DNA from: Podarcis muralis
Lineage: Eukaryota
Length of the DNA stretch: 64,000 nucleotides
NCBI RefSeq assembly: GCF_964188315.1
Contig: NC_135658.1
Coordinates: 77,252,001-77,316,000 of the forward strand
Reading direction: 5' to 3'
Shown here: piece after piece, positions 37,130-49,964 of the stretch
How the letters are laid out: each line of letters starts with the position of its first letter
How positions within the stretch are numbered: the first letter of the stretch is position 1
Translations under genes and position numbers: made by a program
The notes under the pieces: generated by a model
The model's database searches: none
Seen by the model: the letters and a program-made list of their open reading frames with translations, nothing else
What the model was told of the DNA's origin: nothing

Positions 37130-37786
37130 CTCTTTGGAAGCATAGGCCAAAGCAAAATAAGCTTGTCTGGCAAACTCCCGCTGGCTGTTGGTAAACGGCA
37201 CTCTGTTCCCTTCTCCAGCATCCTAAAGCAAACAGAGGGTTTTGGATTATACATGTTCCCAAATTAGGAAGGTAGTGTATGAGTTTAACCTTGACAGTTA
37301 ATATTATCTGAGTTGATGAATTGTAGGCAAATTTATGTAGCTGGCTGAAAGGAGACCATGATCTGCCAGTAGACCTCAAGAGTGATTTGCAGCAGATTGA
37401 CAAGGGTTTCTGTCTCCCAATCGTTGAACAATGGCAAGAACACAAAGGGTACTTTCCATCCAAAATAAGACTGCTGAAACAAAGAAGGCTTAGGAGGAAA
37501 TCAGGAGTGAATTTGTGTGTGAAAGGGCTGTGAGTTTTGTTCTGGGGCTTAGCATGTGCTCAGAGGCCTTGCTTCTTAATAAATACTGTATGTTGGTCCA
37601 TCTGCCTCTCCACTGGTATTTTTTACCTACCTCAACTTGGAGATCTAGTAAAAAGAAAGTCAAAGGGTAGAGATCCCTACCCATCTCTGAGCTAGATTTC
37701 CTGAGATGAGAGCTCTAATTTATGACTCTTATGATCATCAATAAAGGTTTTTTGTTTAACAAAGTCTTATTTTTCTCTTATTGCAG

Positions 37787-37849
37787 AAAGCTATTGCCTA
37801 TCTCTTTCCTTCTGGTCTGTTTGACAAAAGGGCCAGACCTGTAATGAAG
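37787..37849 (+). CDS. MRPS9: MRPS9 exon 3
   Basis: TTGCAG|KAIAYLFPSGLFDKRARPVMK|GTAAGA. Confidence 0.98.
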
Positions 37850-37938
37850 GTAAGAACACGATTCAGTGCAGTAGATAAAAAGAGAGATTTTGTATCGGTT
37901 GTGCTAACATTTTTCTATTTTATTATATTTTTAAATAG

Positions 37939-37969
37939 CATCCCGAAGAAATGTTTCCAAAGCAAAGAG
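37939..37969 (+). CDS. MRPS9: MRPS9 exon 4 (31 nt, after an 89-nt intron)
   Basis: AATAG|HPEEMFPKQR+G|GTATGT. Confidence 0.95.
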
Positions 37970-38103
37970 GTATGTGGAGGTAGACTGTGTATGTGAAACC
38001 ACTTAAGTTGTTTTCTGTTATGTTCATATGTACACGAAAGCTGGGATACAAAACTACTAAATGTGCATCTGGAATTTTGCCATGCCCACTGGGTTTTTGT
38101 ATG

Positions 38104-38438
38104 TTGCGGGTGGCGCTGTGGGTTAAACTACAGAGCTTAGGACTTGCTGATCAGAAGGTCGGCAAGTTTGAATCACCACGACGGGGTGATCTCCCATTGC
38201 TCGGTCCCTGCTTCTGCCAACCTAGCAGTTCGAAAGCACATCAAAAGTGCAAGTAGATAAATAGGTACTGCTCCAGTGGGAAGGTAAATGGCATTTCCGT
38301 GTGCTGCTCTGGTTCGCCAGAAGCGGCTTAGTCATGCTGGCCACATGACTGTACACTGGCTCCCTTGGCCAATAAAGCGAGATGAGCGCCGCAACCCCAG
38401 AGTCGGCCACGACTGGACCTAATGGTCAGGGGTCCCTT
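38104..38438 (+). mobile_element. Sauria SINE, subfamily A (older, small internal deletion)
   Basis: Diverged copy. Confidence 0.92.
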
Positions 38439-39512
38439 CCTCACTCGGAAGCAAAGATACCCTTGACACATCACAGACTGCTTCGGAATACCTGTTTCAG
38501 AAGTGGCTTGCTGTGTGTCATTAGAGGTTGAGGATATAGTAAAAATAATCAAACAAGTTCAATCCTCTTTGGGTATGCAGAATAATTTGCCAGGCCCTTT
38601 GGATCGCAGGCCATATTTGTGTGATTCCTTTATTTGTTATTTTGCTCTTCTTTTAATCTTCCTATGATCATTTCTCAGTTGACCAAAGAGATCGTGAAAT
38701 TTATTGGCGATCGCAACGAAAATGTAATATTGGGACAGTGGAATCCCACAACTTTTTACATTGCAGATGGTGGTTAAAGCTTTCTGCAGTCACTAATCAC
38801 AGTGTTTATATCTTATCCTTAAGGTTCACAAATCTTGGTCCTAAAATATCTTGACTTTTTAGATTGAGGTATATGTTTTTAAAAGAGCTGACCACAGCCT
38901 GTTTCTGTAATTGCAGCTCTATATTGGTGGTATATCTTTATCTAATCTGGAGCTGCACTTTTCATACCTGTTCATTCTTGTTAGTTTCTCTTCTATGTTT
39001 GCTTTTCTATAATTCCCTATGTAAATGTGCCTGATGCCAACTTGAGGCTGCAATACAGAGCATGAACACTTGGAAGCAAGTTCTATTTAGATCAGTGAGA
39101 GCTAGTATTGGGCTGTATTATAGAAATAAGCATATTTAGCTGCAAATAGATAAGGCTGAGGTAGTATGTGCCTTTTTAATATGCTAAATGTTTCTATAAA
39201 TGCTTAGTTTCTGTGACCAGTAAGACCAGGCTGAGAGGTAATAAGCTTAGAGTGAAGAACTGTCACATATTAGACAGGATCATAACCTTAGCATGGTTAA
39301 GCAGTGGGATAAATTATTAGTTGAGATTGTGGTGCCAACGTTGTCTTTTTATAAAAAAATTAACAGCAGAGAATATCCTGGCATTCTCTGAACAGGGTGG
39401 GAGGGAGTTCTGGCCGCTGCATGGGGTTTTATTATTCCTGTTTCAACTATAGTTTGTGTTTTAGACTTCTGTAATTACCATTACATTTGCTTCCTTGTTT
39501 CTTTTCCTTCAG

Positions 39513-39592
39513 CAATCCAGTGGGACAAAGATGGCCGCCCATTTCACTTTCTCTTTTACACTGGCAAGCAGTCCTATTATTCTGTAATGCAT
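39513..39592 (+). CDS. MRPS9: MRPS9 exon 5
   Basis: TTCAG|(A)[26 protein letters not shown]|GTAAGT. Confidence 0.98.
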
Positions 39593-41164
39593 GTAAGTTA
39601 TTTAATGGCTTTTTCCTGGTGGACCAAAATAATGGTCACTTATTACATAATGTGTATGTTTGTCGTAATTTTCTTAGGGCAAACTCGTTACCAAAGGAAG
39701 GAATGACTATTAGCTTTGGTTTCCCCCATAGTTACTAAACCAGTCTTGCTACGAAAGAATTTCAGACTGTGATAAGTAAAATACTAACCAAAGATGACCA
39801 GAGGCAAATTCGTATGGTAATCCTTTTTAAAATGTACAGTATTCTTGAAGGAAAGGAAAGTTGCAGAAGGCAGCTAGATGTTTCTTATTGACGGCCATAT
39901 TAGATAATGTGTGAAGCAGGTTTAAAGCTTTAACTTACATTTCCTTGTAATAGCTTGACATTTGAGCACACAGGAAATTTGCAAGAGGCCAGTGCTGTCT
40001 TTTGACTGGCAGCTATCCTATCCTTTCAAACATGAGAATTGGTGTGCATTCCTGGAGTTCATATTGCTTTGTTTAAAATTGGGGCCATGAGTAAAGCACT
40101 AGCCTCAACCACTTTTACGCTTTTTTACTCGGAGGCTACAAAGAACAGCCTCTCCATAGAGCATGGGTACTTTGTGGCTCTCAGTTATCTAAATCCACTT
40201 TGACAGTGACTCGGTGCTGGTACAAATCTGGGTAGAGAATGTGGGAGCTACCCACATGCTGTTGCCCACTACTGCATTGTGATAGGACGTGAACATTGGT
40301 AGTGGTAGAAATCCTAAGCCTCATGCCTGATCATTGTGGTTGTTGTGTTAGTCCTTAGCTTGTCCTTTCTTTCCTTTTTTCTGCTGCCTTTGCACATCTC
40401 ACTTCACACGTTAGGTGGTCACTAAACAAGTGAGCTGATTTCCCATCTGACTTGTTTTGTTTGCTAAGCTGTAAGAAATCTAGCTTAAATTTTATGCAAT
40501 TGTCCTGCATCAGTATGGTGAAGAAAGTCTGCAGCTGCCTATTTTTTCTTTTTCTTTTAAGAACAGGCATTTATGAACTTACAGACAAGTTCCTTCCCAA
40601 AAGAGAATGACACCTCTGAAGTGTGGGCATGGGATTAACAGAAAGGCTTTTTTGTGAAATTTACCAGCAGTTGTAAAAATTAGTAGGTAGATTAAAAGTC
40701 TGTTCAAGTATTGTCCAACACTACCCAGTGAGGTACAGGAGGAAACATCTCTCCATGCCTATTAACTGTAATCGCTAGGCATCAGACATCCATGTTAAGA
40801 AACACTATGTCTGTCTAGCTTGCCACAGCTGAATTTCTGGATTAGATGGAATTTTGGTCAGTCCAGCATGGCAGTTCTTAGTTGAGCCCATACTGTGATT
40901 TCTAGTGACTCCTACATAACAATCCACTAAAGCGTGGGTAGCTAATATAGTGCCCTTCAGATATGGCAGGACTACATTTCCTATCATTCCTGACCATTGA
41001 CCATGCAAGTTGTAGCTGATGGGAGTTGGAGTCCAAGAATATCCGAAGGGCATCACTAAAGAATCTCTGAACCGATTTCCTACAGAAGCAACATATTGAT
41101 AGTATTTGTTGCATGTTGTCTATTTGTAGAACTTGATTCGCTGACTTTGTGGAAGAATCTAGTA

Positions 41165-41425
41165 CAGTCATACCTTGGGTTACAGACGCTTCAGGTTGTG
41201 CCTTTTCGGGTTGTGCACCGCGCCAAACCCGGAAGTGCCGGAATGGGTTACTTCGGGGTTTCGGCGATCGCGCATATGCAGAAGCGCTAAATCGCACTAT
41301 GCACATGTGCAGAAGCACTAAATTGCAACCCGCGCATGCGCAGACACGGCGCTGCAGGTTGTGAACACTGCGGGTTGCGAACGTGCCTCCCACACGGATC
41401 ACATTCGCAACCCCTGCATCCACTG
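41165..41425. mobile_element. Tigger-type MITE, family 2
   Basis: TA|CAGTCATACCTTGGGTT...AACCCCTGCATCCACTG|TA with GCGCATGCGCAG-type interior. Confidence 0.8.
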
Positions 41426-41869
41426 TAGAATGAATTGTGTACTGAAGTTCAGTTATAGTAATATATATATATATATATTTGTAATCTGATTGATAACTTT
41501 TCAGCCTGGTGATGCCACTGAACTCTTGTTTCCCTTGGTATCTACTTCTGGTTGCAGTACCATTTAGAGGACTTCCTCTGTAAAAACAAAAACAAAAAAC
41601 ACCATGGCTTTACTGTGCATTTTAGAATTATCTGGTGTGTGTTTGTACTCCACACACCCAAAGGACAAAATCCCCACTTGTCAGGTACATTTATTTCTGT
41701 AGAGGGAGAGGAGAGGAATTATTTTTTCTTTTGGTTGACCTTGGGCAAATGAGCTTCTTGCCCTGGCAGAAATGAAATGAATGATAAATGTAGAGTGTGT
41801 CTTTGCTGAGTAATGGAGCTGCAGCGTAGGCTTTCCAGAGAGGTTTTCTCCTGCACAGCCTGAGGCAGC

Positions 41870-42289
41870 NNNNNNNNNNNNNNNNNNNNNNNNNNNNNNN
41901 NNNNNNNNNNNNNNNNNNNNNNNNNNNNNNNNNNNNNNNNNNNNNNNNNNNNNNNNNNNNNNNNNNNNNNNNNNNNNNNNNNNNNNNNNNNNNNNNNNNN
42001 NNNNNNNNNNNNNNNNNNNNNNNNNNNNNNNNNNNNNNNNNNNNNNNNNNNNNNNNNTAGCTGTCGGAGAGGATGATGGAGCTGACGCGCTAGGCCTGTC
42101 AACTTGTTACACGGATGGGTTGCACGCAGAGAGGCTGTGGAAAATCTGTNNNNNNNNNNNNNNNNNNNNNNNNNNNNNNNNNNNNNNNNNNNNNNNNNNN
42201 NNNNNNNNNNNNNNNNNNNNNNNNNNNNNNNNNNNNNNNNNNNNNNNNNNNNNNNNNNNNNNNNNNNNNNNNNNNNNNNNNNNNNNNNN
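41870..42289. other. Two assembly gaps (41870-42057, 42150-42289) with a 92-bp island
   Basis: Runs of N. Confidence 1.
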
Positions 42290-45200
42290 ATCAAGCAGCT
42301 GTCATCTGACAGGCCATTTGCATTTGTTTTGGCTGAAACAGAGCAAGCCAAGGGCAAGATGTTTTGTTGCATTCCATCATAATGAAGAAATTAAAAAAAA
42401 ATATTACAAGGCGCCCAACTTTTATTTATTTTTTTTACCCATTGCTTGCCTTTTGAAAGCGGCATGTGAGGTTTTCCTGAGACACACGGCCTTTTCAAAG
42501 AATAGCTGTGCTCACCACTTGATTAAAATCTTCCTGCACACGAAATCCTTTTGACAAACAGAAATGCAATCATTGTAGAATATTTGTAAATTTACTTAAG
42601 TCGTGTCAGGGCGTTTAGAGATGTCTTCATTAAAAAGAGTGATATAAATCATTTCATTAAACAGGATTCATCCCATCTTCTGCTCAGGAAATGTGAAATA
42701 TGTGTAAGGGTGTTAAAGATGAGAATCATAGGCTAATGGAAATTAGAGAGATACTTGTTAAGTGCCAAACTGTCACTTTAAAAAGTAAATGTAGAATAAT
42801 TTCACTTTTTTACTGCATCTTGTGCTCATAGCCTTTTATAATTTGCAATATTTAAAATTTTTATAAAATACATTTTGCCTACATGTGTCTATTACCATTT
42901 GCTTTACTGTCATATTTCAGTTATTTATTTCAGTTGAGCCAACCACCCTGCCATTTATATAGGTTACTGGATGCAATATGAATAGGCTTCCTTGTAGCAT
43001 TTACATTGACCAACATCCATCTTGTATATTCCATTTCATATGCTGCTTACATGTTAAAGCTTATTACTAATTCAGCATTTCTATTCCCATTTTCATCTTT
43101 GTGTCTCTGTTTGTTGAAAAGAGTTTGGCTTGGGACGTAAAAGGTTTCCTTAGTTGCAAATTCAACTGCGTCCTGAAATGTCTTAACCCCTTAAATTCTT
43201 AAATTTGTGCGAACCACCAATTGGGAGAAGTCTTCAGAATATCATTCATCTTTTACAAGGTTGCATCATTGGCTTGTTTAAAATGGCATTGGAAACCCAT
43301 GTGCAGCTATATGTAACAAATTAAGAAACAGAATACAAAAACAGACCAGAAGGATGTTTTCCAACTAACAGCAACTTACAGAATCTGTGTCTGGCATTTT
43401 AAGATATTGGTTGTGTATGAACTCCACCTATTTCCTCTCTCCAGTGCTTCTGAGCCCGGGGGCAAGAGAACTAAGTCTAAATGTATTGATGATGTTGATA
43501 ACCTACTGTGTTTGTTTAAGATATATTTCAAAGATCCAGTAGACTGGTGCTTGCTCTTAACTTACTATTCAGCAACAGCTTTGTTTAAAACTGTCTGTCT
43601 TGTTAATTGACATGATCGAGGATGCGGTCCTCCTGTTTTATGACAATATATATATGGCTCACAAGTATCTTATAAAATCTACTGCATAATGGCCACATTT
43701 GTAAGGGATATAGGCATGTATATTTATGACTTTGCTGTTGCCTCTGGAAACTGTTAGTTAAATCTTCACCTATCTGTTCTGAAGAAGCAAGAATTCCTTT
43801 CTGAAATGTTTCAGATGTGAACGTTTGCCGAGTGACATGCCTCTCAGATTCTTATACCGTTGCAAGATAGCATGCATCATTATCCTGTCCATTGATTTGT
43901 TATCCTGCAAATAATTTTGCACATGCCTTCCTTTATAGCTATGCACATCAATAAAATTTAAGAACAGCCAGAGTGTTTTGAGGAATGAAGGAAATGGGAT
44001 CTGAAATGAGCAAGTAAAACTTCCCATGTCACAATGTACCCTTGTCAGTAGATAAAAACTCTTTAGGTTATCTTTTTCCCCCCATGTAGACTGTATTTGA
44101 GAAAAATAAGTGAGGGTGGTGAAATACATTTAGCCAAAGGTGAACTGAAAATGCCCATCCTTTGAGGAGCTATACAGTATCTTGTGGGCTTTTATGACAT
44201 TCACACAGCATTATAACAGGGCCGGGAGAAGGGATTTTTTTGCCAGTGTTCAGGAAGACAGCATGGTTATCAAGGTTGTGTTTGCATTGCATGCACCATT
44301 GGCTGTGAGTCTGGTGCACAGCTTGACTCTTTTTAAAAGTTTGCAGTCCTTGAATTCACAGAGAAACTTGAAAATGTCCAGGCATAGTAAGCTGAAGACT
44401 CTGAAACTAGAGGGGTTATTTGGTAAGGGCTCCCAAAACATATTGGTGTGCAAATGTCTAAAGGTTTCAGTCTGCGAAACTACAAGACAGATCCCAAGTG
44501 TAGGTAACCGTTTGTTCACTGCATGGCTACAAATGGGAAATGAGCAATTCACCATGTGGTTAGAATCATAATGGAGTAAAAGTGGCCATGTAGCTTTATG
44601 AACGAACTATAATTCCAGCTAACACAATAAGTGAAGCAACATCTTCCTCTTCTTCCATCCATGTAGAGCATCATTACCAATCTCAAGAGTGAAGGACCTC
44701 GCAAGGATAATGGGACATAGCAACCTGTAATCTTCCCCCATAGGCTTGAAGGAAGTTTTCAGAGCCTGCTATCAGATTGTTATAGAGAAGAATAGAGATG
44801 AATGTGCCAGTGTGCACTGTAATTTTTATGGTTTGGCTAGCTTCATGCGACAAGCTTCCATTTTAAAAGGGTAGTCAGCAGTGTTGTATTTCTTACATGG
44901 GCAAGTCCATCTCTTATCCCACCCTCTTCCAAAGGTCCTGAATTGCCTGGGTTGCTGGTACGTAGAGAAGAATGTAATAGAAATTATATCAGTTCCTGGA
45001 ACCTGATTCAAAGGTGAAATCTACACACATAAAAAAATTTGTGAAAATGCTTTTTTTAAAGTGTTTTTAAAAATACAATGAATTTTTCATAAGGCTTTCC
45101 ATCGCCATCTAGTGTCACATTGTATATTGCACTTAAAACACACTTAAAATGTTTTATTGGCAGCTGTATAGCTGAGTCCAAATGCTGAATAATTTTCTTA

Positions 45201-45923
45201 TGAGCCAAGAAATTTAGTGAGACGGGCCTGGCCCTGTTGACATAACCTTTCTTGATTGGGTTTTCACAAACTCAGGCCTGCTTTACACATAACATGTTAT
45301 AGCTACTCCCCGGCTCTTGCTATTGCTGTGCCAGGAGGAAGCAAACCAACAGCTGATTTACCATTATGTGCAACTTGGACTTGTGGTTTGTTTCTCTCCA
45401 AACAAACCACAATTGGAAGGCAAGGTTTGTTATCAGCTTATCACTTATGGTTTGTTTAGAGACAAATACACCATTGTCGAGTGCTCAATCAGAACCTCTT
45501 TTTAGGAAGTTGTATTCAGATAAATGTCCTTGTAATCGGATAAATGTCTTTATTCTTTTGTGTTCTGGCTTAAATGGGGTGATTCTACAGCTAAAGAGCC
45601 TGGATTGTTTGAAGAATTACCGTATTTTTCCCTCTATAACACACAGATTTTTTCTCCTAAAAAGGAAGGGGAAATGTCTGTGCGTGTTATAGAGCGAATG
45701 TGTGGTCCCTGGAGCCAAAAAATCAAGCAAAAGTCAAATCTCGAGTCACGGAGAAGGGAAACCTGAAAAGAGGAAGTGGCAGCTTTCCTGCATTCTGCCT
45801 CAGGGTCTTACTGCCCACCCTCCTCTGTTTCGTTGCTGTGTTTGCTGAAACGGAACAAAGAGCAGGGAAAGCCCCTCCCCTCCAGGCAAGCAGAGTGTCT
45901 TTCTTTCTAATTCCTCTCTGTGC

Positions 45924-46057
45924 NNNNNNNNNNNNNNNNNNNNNNNNNNNNNNNNNNNNNNNNNNNNNNNNNNNNNNNNNNNNNNNNNNNNNNNNNNNNN
46001 NNNNNNNNNNNNNNNNNNNNNNNNNNNNNNNNNNNNNNNNNNNNNNNNNNNNNNNNN
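45924..46057. other. Assembly gap corresponding to the GA-rich tract seen in the duplicate copy
   Basis: Flanks match 46801-09 and 46938 onward. Confidence 0.95.
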
Positions 46058-46158
46058 CTTTTGCCTTTCTTTCTTTCCTCCCACCCTTAGCCAGCTGCTT
46101 CTCTGCACACCCCTCTCATGTCCCTTCTTTGTTTTTCCTTCGCTCCCCACTTAAAATG

Positions 46159-46616
46159 TGGTTACAAAGCATAGATCAACATGGATCCTCAGGATCTTTG
46201 CATTGGGTCACCCCAAATTCACCATCAGATCACATAGCATGTCCATGGCTACAGCCTGCCCCCCCAAAATCACGCACCCATTGTTGCCTGGGGCTGCAAT
46301 GGTGCAAAACATGGTTAAAAAGCATGGATCCACATGGATCCTCAGGATCTTTGCATTGGGTCACCCCAAATTCACCATCAGATCACATAGCATGCCCATG
46401 GCTACAGCCTGCCCCCCCCAAATCACGCACCCACTGTTGCCTGGGGCTGCAATGGTGCAAAAACATGGTTACAAAGCATGGGTCCATATGGATCCTCAGG
46501 ATCTTTGCATTGGGTCAGCCCAAATTTACCATCAGAGCACATAGCATGTCCATAGCTACAGCCTGCACCAAAAAAAGCACGCACCCACTGTTGCCTGGGG
46601 CTGCAATGGTGCAAAA
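46159..46616. repeat. 154-bp tandem repeat, block 1 (3 units)
   Basis: Unit starts (GTTA) at 46161, 46314 and 46468. Confidence 0.95.
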
Positions 46617-46876
46617 AAGTCAAATCTCGAGTCACGGAGAAGGGAAACCTGAAAAGAGGAAGTGGCAGCTTTCCTGCATTCTGCCTCAGGGTCTTACTGC
46701 CCACCCTTCTCTGTTTCGTTGCTGTGTTTGCTGAAACGGAACAAAGAGCAGGGAAAGCCCCTCCCCTCCAGGCAAGCAGAGTGTCTTTCTTTCTAATTCC
46801 TCTCTGTGCTCCGTTGCTGCTGGGGGAGAGAGAGAGAGAGTGGGGGAGGGAGAGGGGGGGAGGGAGAGAGGGGGGG

Positions 46877-46917
<41 letters not shown>

Positions 46918-47038
46918 TGGCTGGCTTGGGGGGGGAACTTTTGCCTTTCTTTCTTTCCTCCCACCCTTAGCCAGCTGCTTCTCTGCACACCCCTCTCATG
47001 TCCCTTCTTTGTTTTTCCTTCGCTCCCCACTTAAAATG

Positions 47039-48195
47039 TGGTTACAAAGCATAGATCAACATGGATCCTCAGGATCTTTGCATTGGGTCACCCCAAATTC
47101 ACCATCAGATCACATAGCATGTCCATGGCTACAGCCTGCCCCCCCAAAATCACGCACCCATTGTTGCCTGGGGCTGCAATGGTGCAAAACGTGGTTAAAA
47201 AGCATGGATCCACATGGATCCTCAGGATCTTTGCATTGGGTCACCCCAAATTCACCATCAGATCCCATAGCATGTCCATGGCTACAGCCTGCCCCCCCAA
47301 AATCACGCACCCACTGTTGCCTGGGGCTGCAATGGTGCAAAAACATGGTTACAAAGCATGGGTCCATATGGATCCCCAGGATCTTTGCATTGGGTCAGCC
47401 CAAATTCACCATCAGAGCACATAGCATGTCCATAGCTACAGCCTGCACCAAAAAAAGCACGCACCCACTGTTGCCTGGGGCTGCAATGGTGCAAAAACGT
47501 GGTTACAAAGCATGGATCCACAGGGATTCTCAGGATCTTTGCATTGGGTCACCCCAAATTCACCATCAGATCACATAGCATGTCCATGGCTACAGCCTGC
47601 ACCAAAAAAAGCACGCACCCACTGTTGCCTGGGGCTGCAATGGTGCAAAAATGTGGTTACAAAGCATGGATCCACAGGGATTCTCAGGATCTTTGCATTG
47701 GGTCACCCCAAATTCACCATCAGATCACATAGCATGTCCATGGCTACAGCCTACACCCAAAAAATCACGCACCCACTGTTGCCTGGGGCTGCAATGGTGC
47801 AAAAACATGGTTACAAAGCATGGGTCCACAGGGATTCTCAGGATTTTTGCATTGGGTCACCCCAAATTCACCATCAGATCACATAGCATGTCCATGGCTA
47901 CAGCCTGCACCAAAAAAAGGACGCACCCACTGTTGCCTGGAGCTGCAATGGTGCAAAAATGTGGTTACAAAGCATGGATCCACAGGGATTCTCAGGATCT
48001 TTGCATTGGGTCACCCCAAATTCACCATCAGATCACATAGCATGTCCATGGCTACAGCCTACACCCAAAAAATCACGCACCCACTGTTGCCTGGGGCTGC
48101 AATGGTGCAAAAATGTGGTTACAAAGCATGGATCCACAGGAATTCTCAGGATTTTTGCATTGGGTCACCCCAAATTCACCATCAGATCACATGTC
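47039..48195. repeat. 154-bp tandem repeat, block 2 (~7.5 units)
   Basis: Unit starts at 47041, 47194, 47348, 47502, 47656, 47810, 47964 and 48118. Confidence 0.95.
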
Positions 48196-48686
48196 TGTGG
48201 CCACAGCATGAAGCACAAAAATGATACATCCACTGTTTCATTCAGAATGTTTTTTCCCTTGTTTTCCTCCTCTAAAAACGATGTGCGTGTTATGGTCAGG
48301 TGCGTGTTATAGAGCGAAAAATACGGTACATTGTTATTACTACAGACAAACCACTGGTCACAATGGTTTATCATAACTGAAATTAGTTAAGGTATGTGCT
48401 ATGCCCCTTTGTACCACAGTTTGGGGGGGGGGGAATATGGGAGTTATGGTACTGTATTCTTGTGGTTGAACTTCTAACACACACAGACACAAAATTATTG
48501 TTTTTATTAAGGATTTTCTTGGGTTACAAAAGCACATACATTGTTTCCATTTTCAGGTAATAGAGTCCTTTCTACAGATTAGTTACATTAATTGCGAGAC
48601 ATTAATGCTGAACTTCTAACTGATATTTGATGCCAAAATTTTCAGCAGAAGGTTTTAAGTGGAGCTCACCCTTGTATCTATTCTAG

Positions 48687-48775
48687 GAATTGTATGGTAA
48701 GCTACTTCGTATTGAGGAACACCAAGAACGAATGCGTGCTCAAGGATTATTACCGCCTGAGAAGAAATCCCAGTT
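48687..48775 (+). CDS. MRPS9: MRPS9 exon 6
   Basis: TTCTAG|ELYGKLLRIEEHQERMRAQGLLPPEKKSQ+TT|GTAAG. Phase 0 to 2 fits exons 5 and 7. Confidence 0.93.
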
Positions 48776-49057
48776 GTAAGTTGTCTCTTTGTGATCACAA
48801 TGAAAGTATGTTGGGGATGAGGGATGCAGATGCAGTTCTCATACAAGATTTTCAAGATATATCATGCTATGCGGTATTATTAGCCTAGGCCACCCTTTCT
48901 CAACTTGGGTCCCCAGATGTTCTTGGACTACAACTTCCATCATTCCTAGCTAGCAGGACCAGTGGTGGGAGGAGATGGTGTCAATGCAAAATGGTCTGAA
49001 ATAGGTGAGAATTGGGAGGTAAGCAAAGGAGACTATTTAGGAGTCGAGAGTTGATAG

Positions 49058-49574
49058 GTTGTTGTTGTTTAGGCGTTTAGTTGTGTCCGACTCTTCATGA
49101 CCCCATGGACCAGAGCACGCCAGGCCCTCCTGTCTTCCACTGCCTCCCACAGTTTGGTCAAACTCATGCTGGTAGCTTCGAGAACACTATCCAACCATCA
49201 CGTCCTCTGCCGTCCCCTTCTCCTTGTGCCCTCCATCTTTCCCAACATCAGGTTCTTTTCCAGGGAGTCTTCTCTTCTCATGAGGTGGCCAAAGTATTGG
49301 AGCCTCAGCTTCAGGATCTGTCCTTCCAGTGAGCACTCAGGGCTGATTTCCTTCAGAATGGATAGGTTTGTTCTTCTTGCAGTCCATGAGGCTTTCTCAA
49401 GAGTCTCCTCCAGCACCATAATTCAAAAGCATCAATTCTTTGGCGATCAGCCTTCTTTATGGTCCAGCTCTCACTTCCATACATCACTACTGGGAAAACC
49501 TTAGCTTTAACTATACGGACCTTTGTTGGCAAGGTGATGTCTCTACATTTTAAGATGCTGTCTAGGTTTGTCAT
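49058..49574 (-). mobile_element. BovB/RTE LINE 3' fragment
   Basis: MTNLDSILKCRDITLPTKVRIVKA...RIDAFELWCWRRLLR / WTARRTNLSILKEISPECSLEGQILKLRLQYFGHLMRREDSLEK, frameshifted, with CAA tail. Confidence 0.95.
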
Positions 49575-49964
49575 ACTCTGGCTTTATTGTGTTTCTAATG
49601 TAAGCTTTTCAGTGGTCTATGAGGGAGACGGATGAAGTGAAAGATTTTAGGAATGAGTCAAAGTTAAAGCAGAGATCGCTCAGACAGTGAGTGATAAGAG
49701 TCTGTGGGAAAAGAGTATAATAATTGCCTAGCTTGGAAAAAGAGCAGAACTTAGAGCAGGAATGAAGAGCAAACACAGTGAGACTTGCCCTTCACCTCCT
49801 TGATTAAGAGTTGAAACTGCACATGTCACTTTTGCTAGTATCCCTGTAGTGAATGTAGCATCCCCAAAAGAGATTCTCCACAGTCTTTGCTTTGCTTTCA
49901 CATTTAGAAATGATTTCCTCCTGGAGGACAGCCTCCTCTGTATGCCTTCCCTCTTTGCCTTGGA

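Larger units (their letters stand above)
45620..48326. mobile_element. Non-autonomous Tc1/mariner element of the Tc2/Kanga type carrying a tandem array
   Basis: TA|CCGTATTTTTCCCTCTATAACAC...GTGTTATAGAGCGAAAAATACGG|TA. Subterminal GTGCGTGTTAT repeats. No transposase. Confidence 0.88.

Noticed and set aside
44360-44421. AG...GTAAGG segment considered as MRPS9 exon 6
   Set aside because: Wrong phase and no similarity. The exon at 48687-775 fits both.
46158-48312. Many repetitive Cys/His/Trp-rich ORFs, and the array as a possible CRISPR
   Set aside because: They are translations of a 154-bp (non-triplet) tandem repeat that shift frame each unit. There are no unique spacers, no cas genes, and the context is vertebrate.
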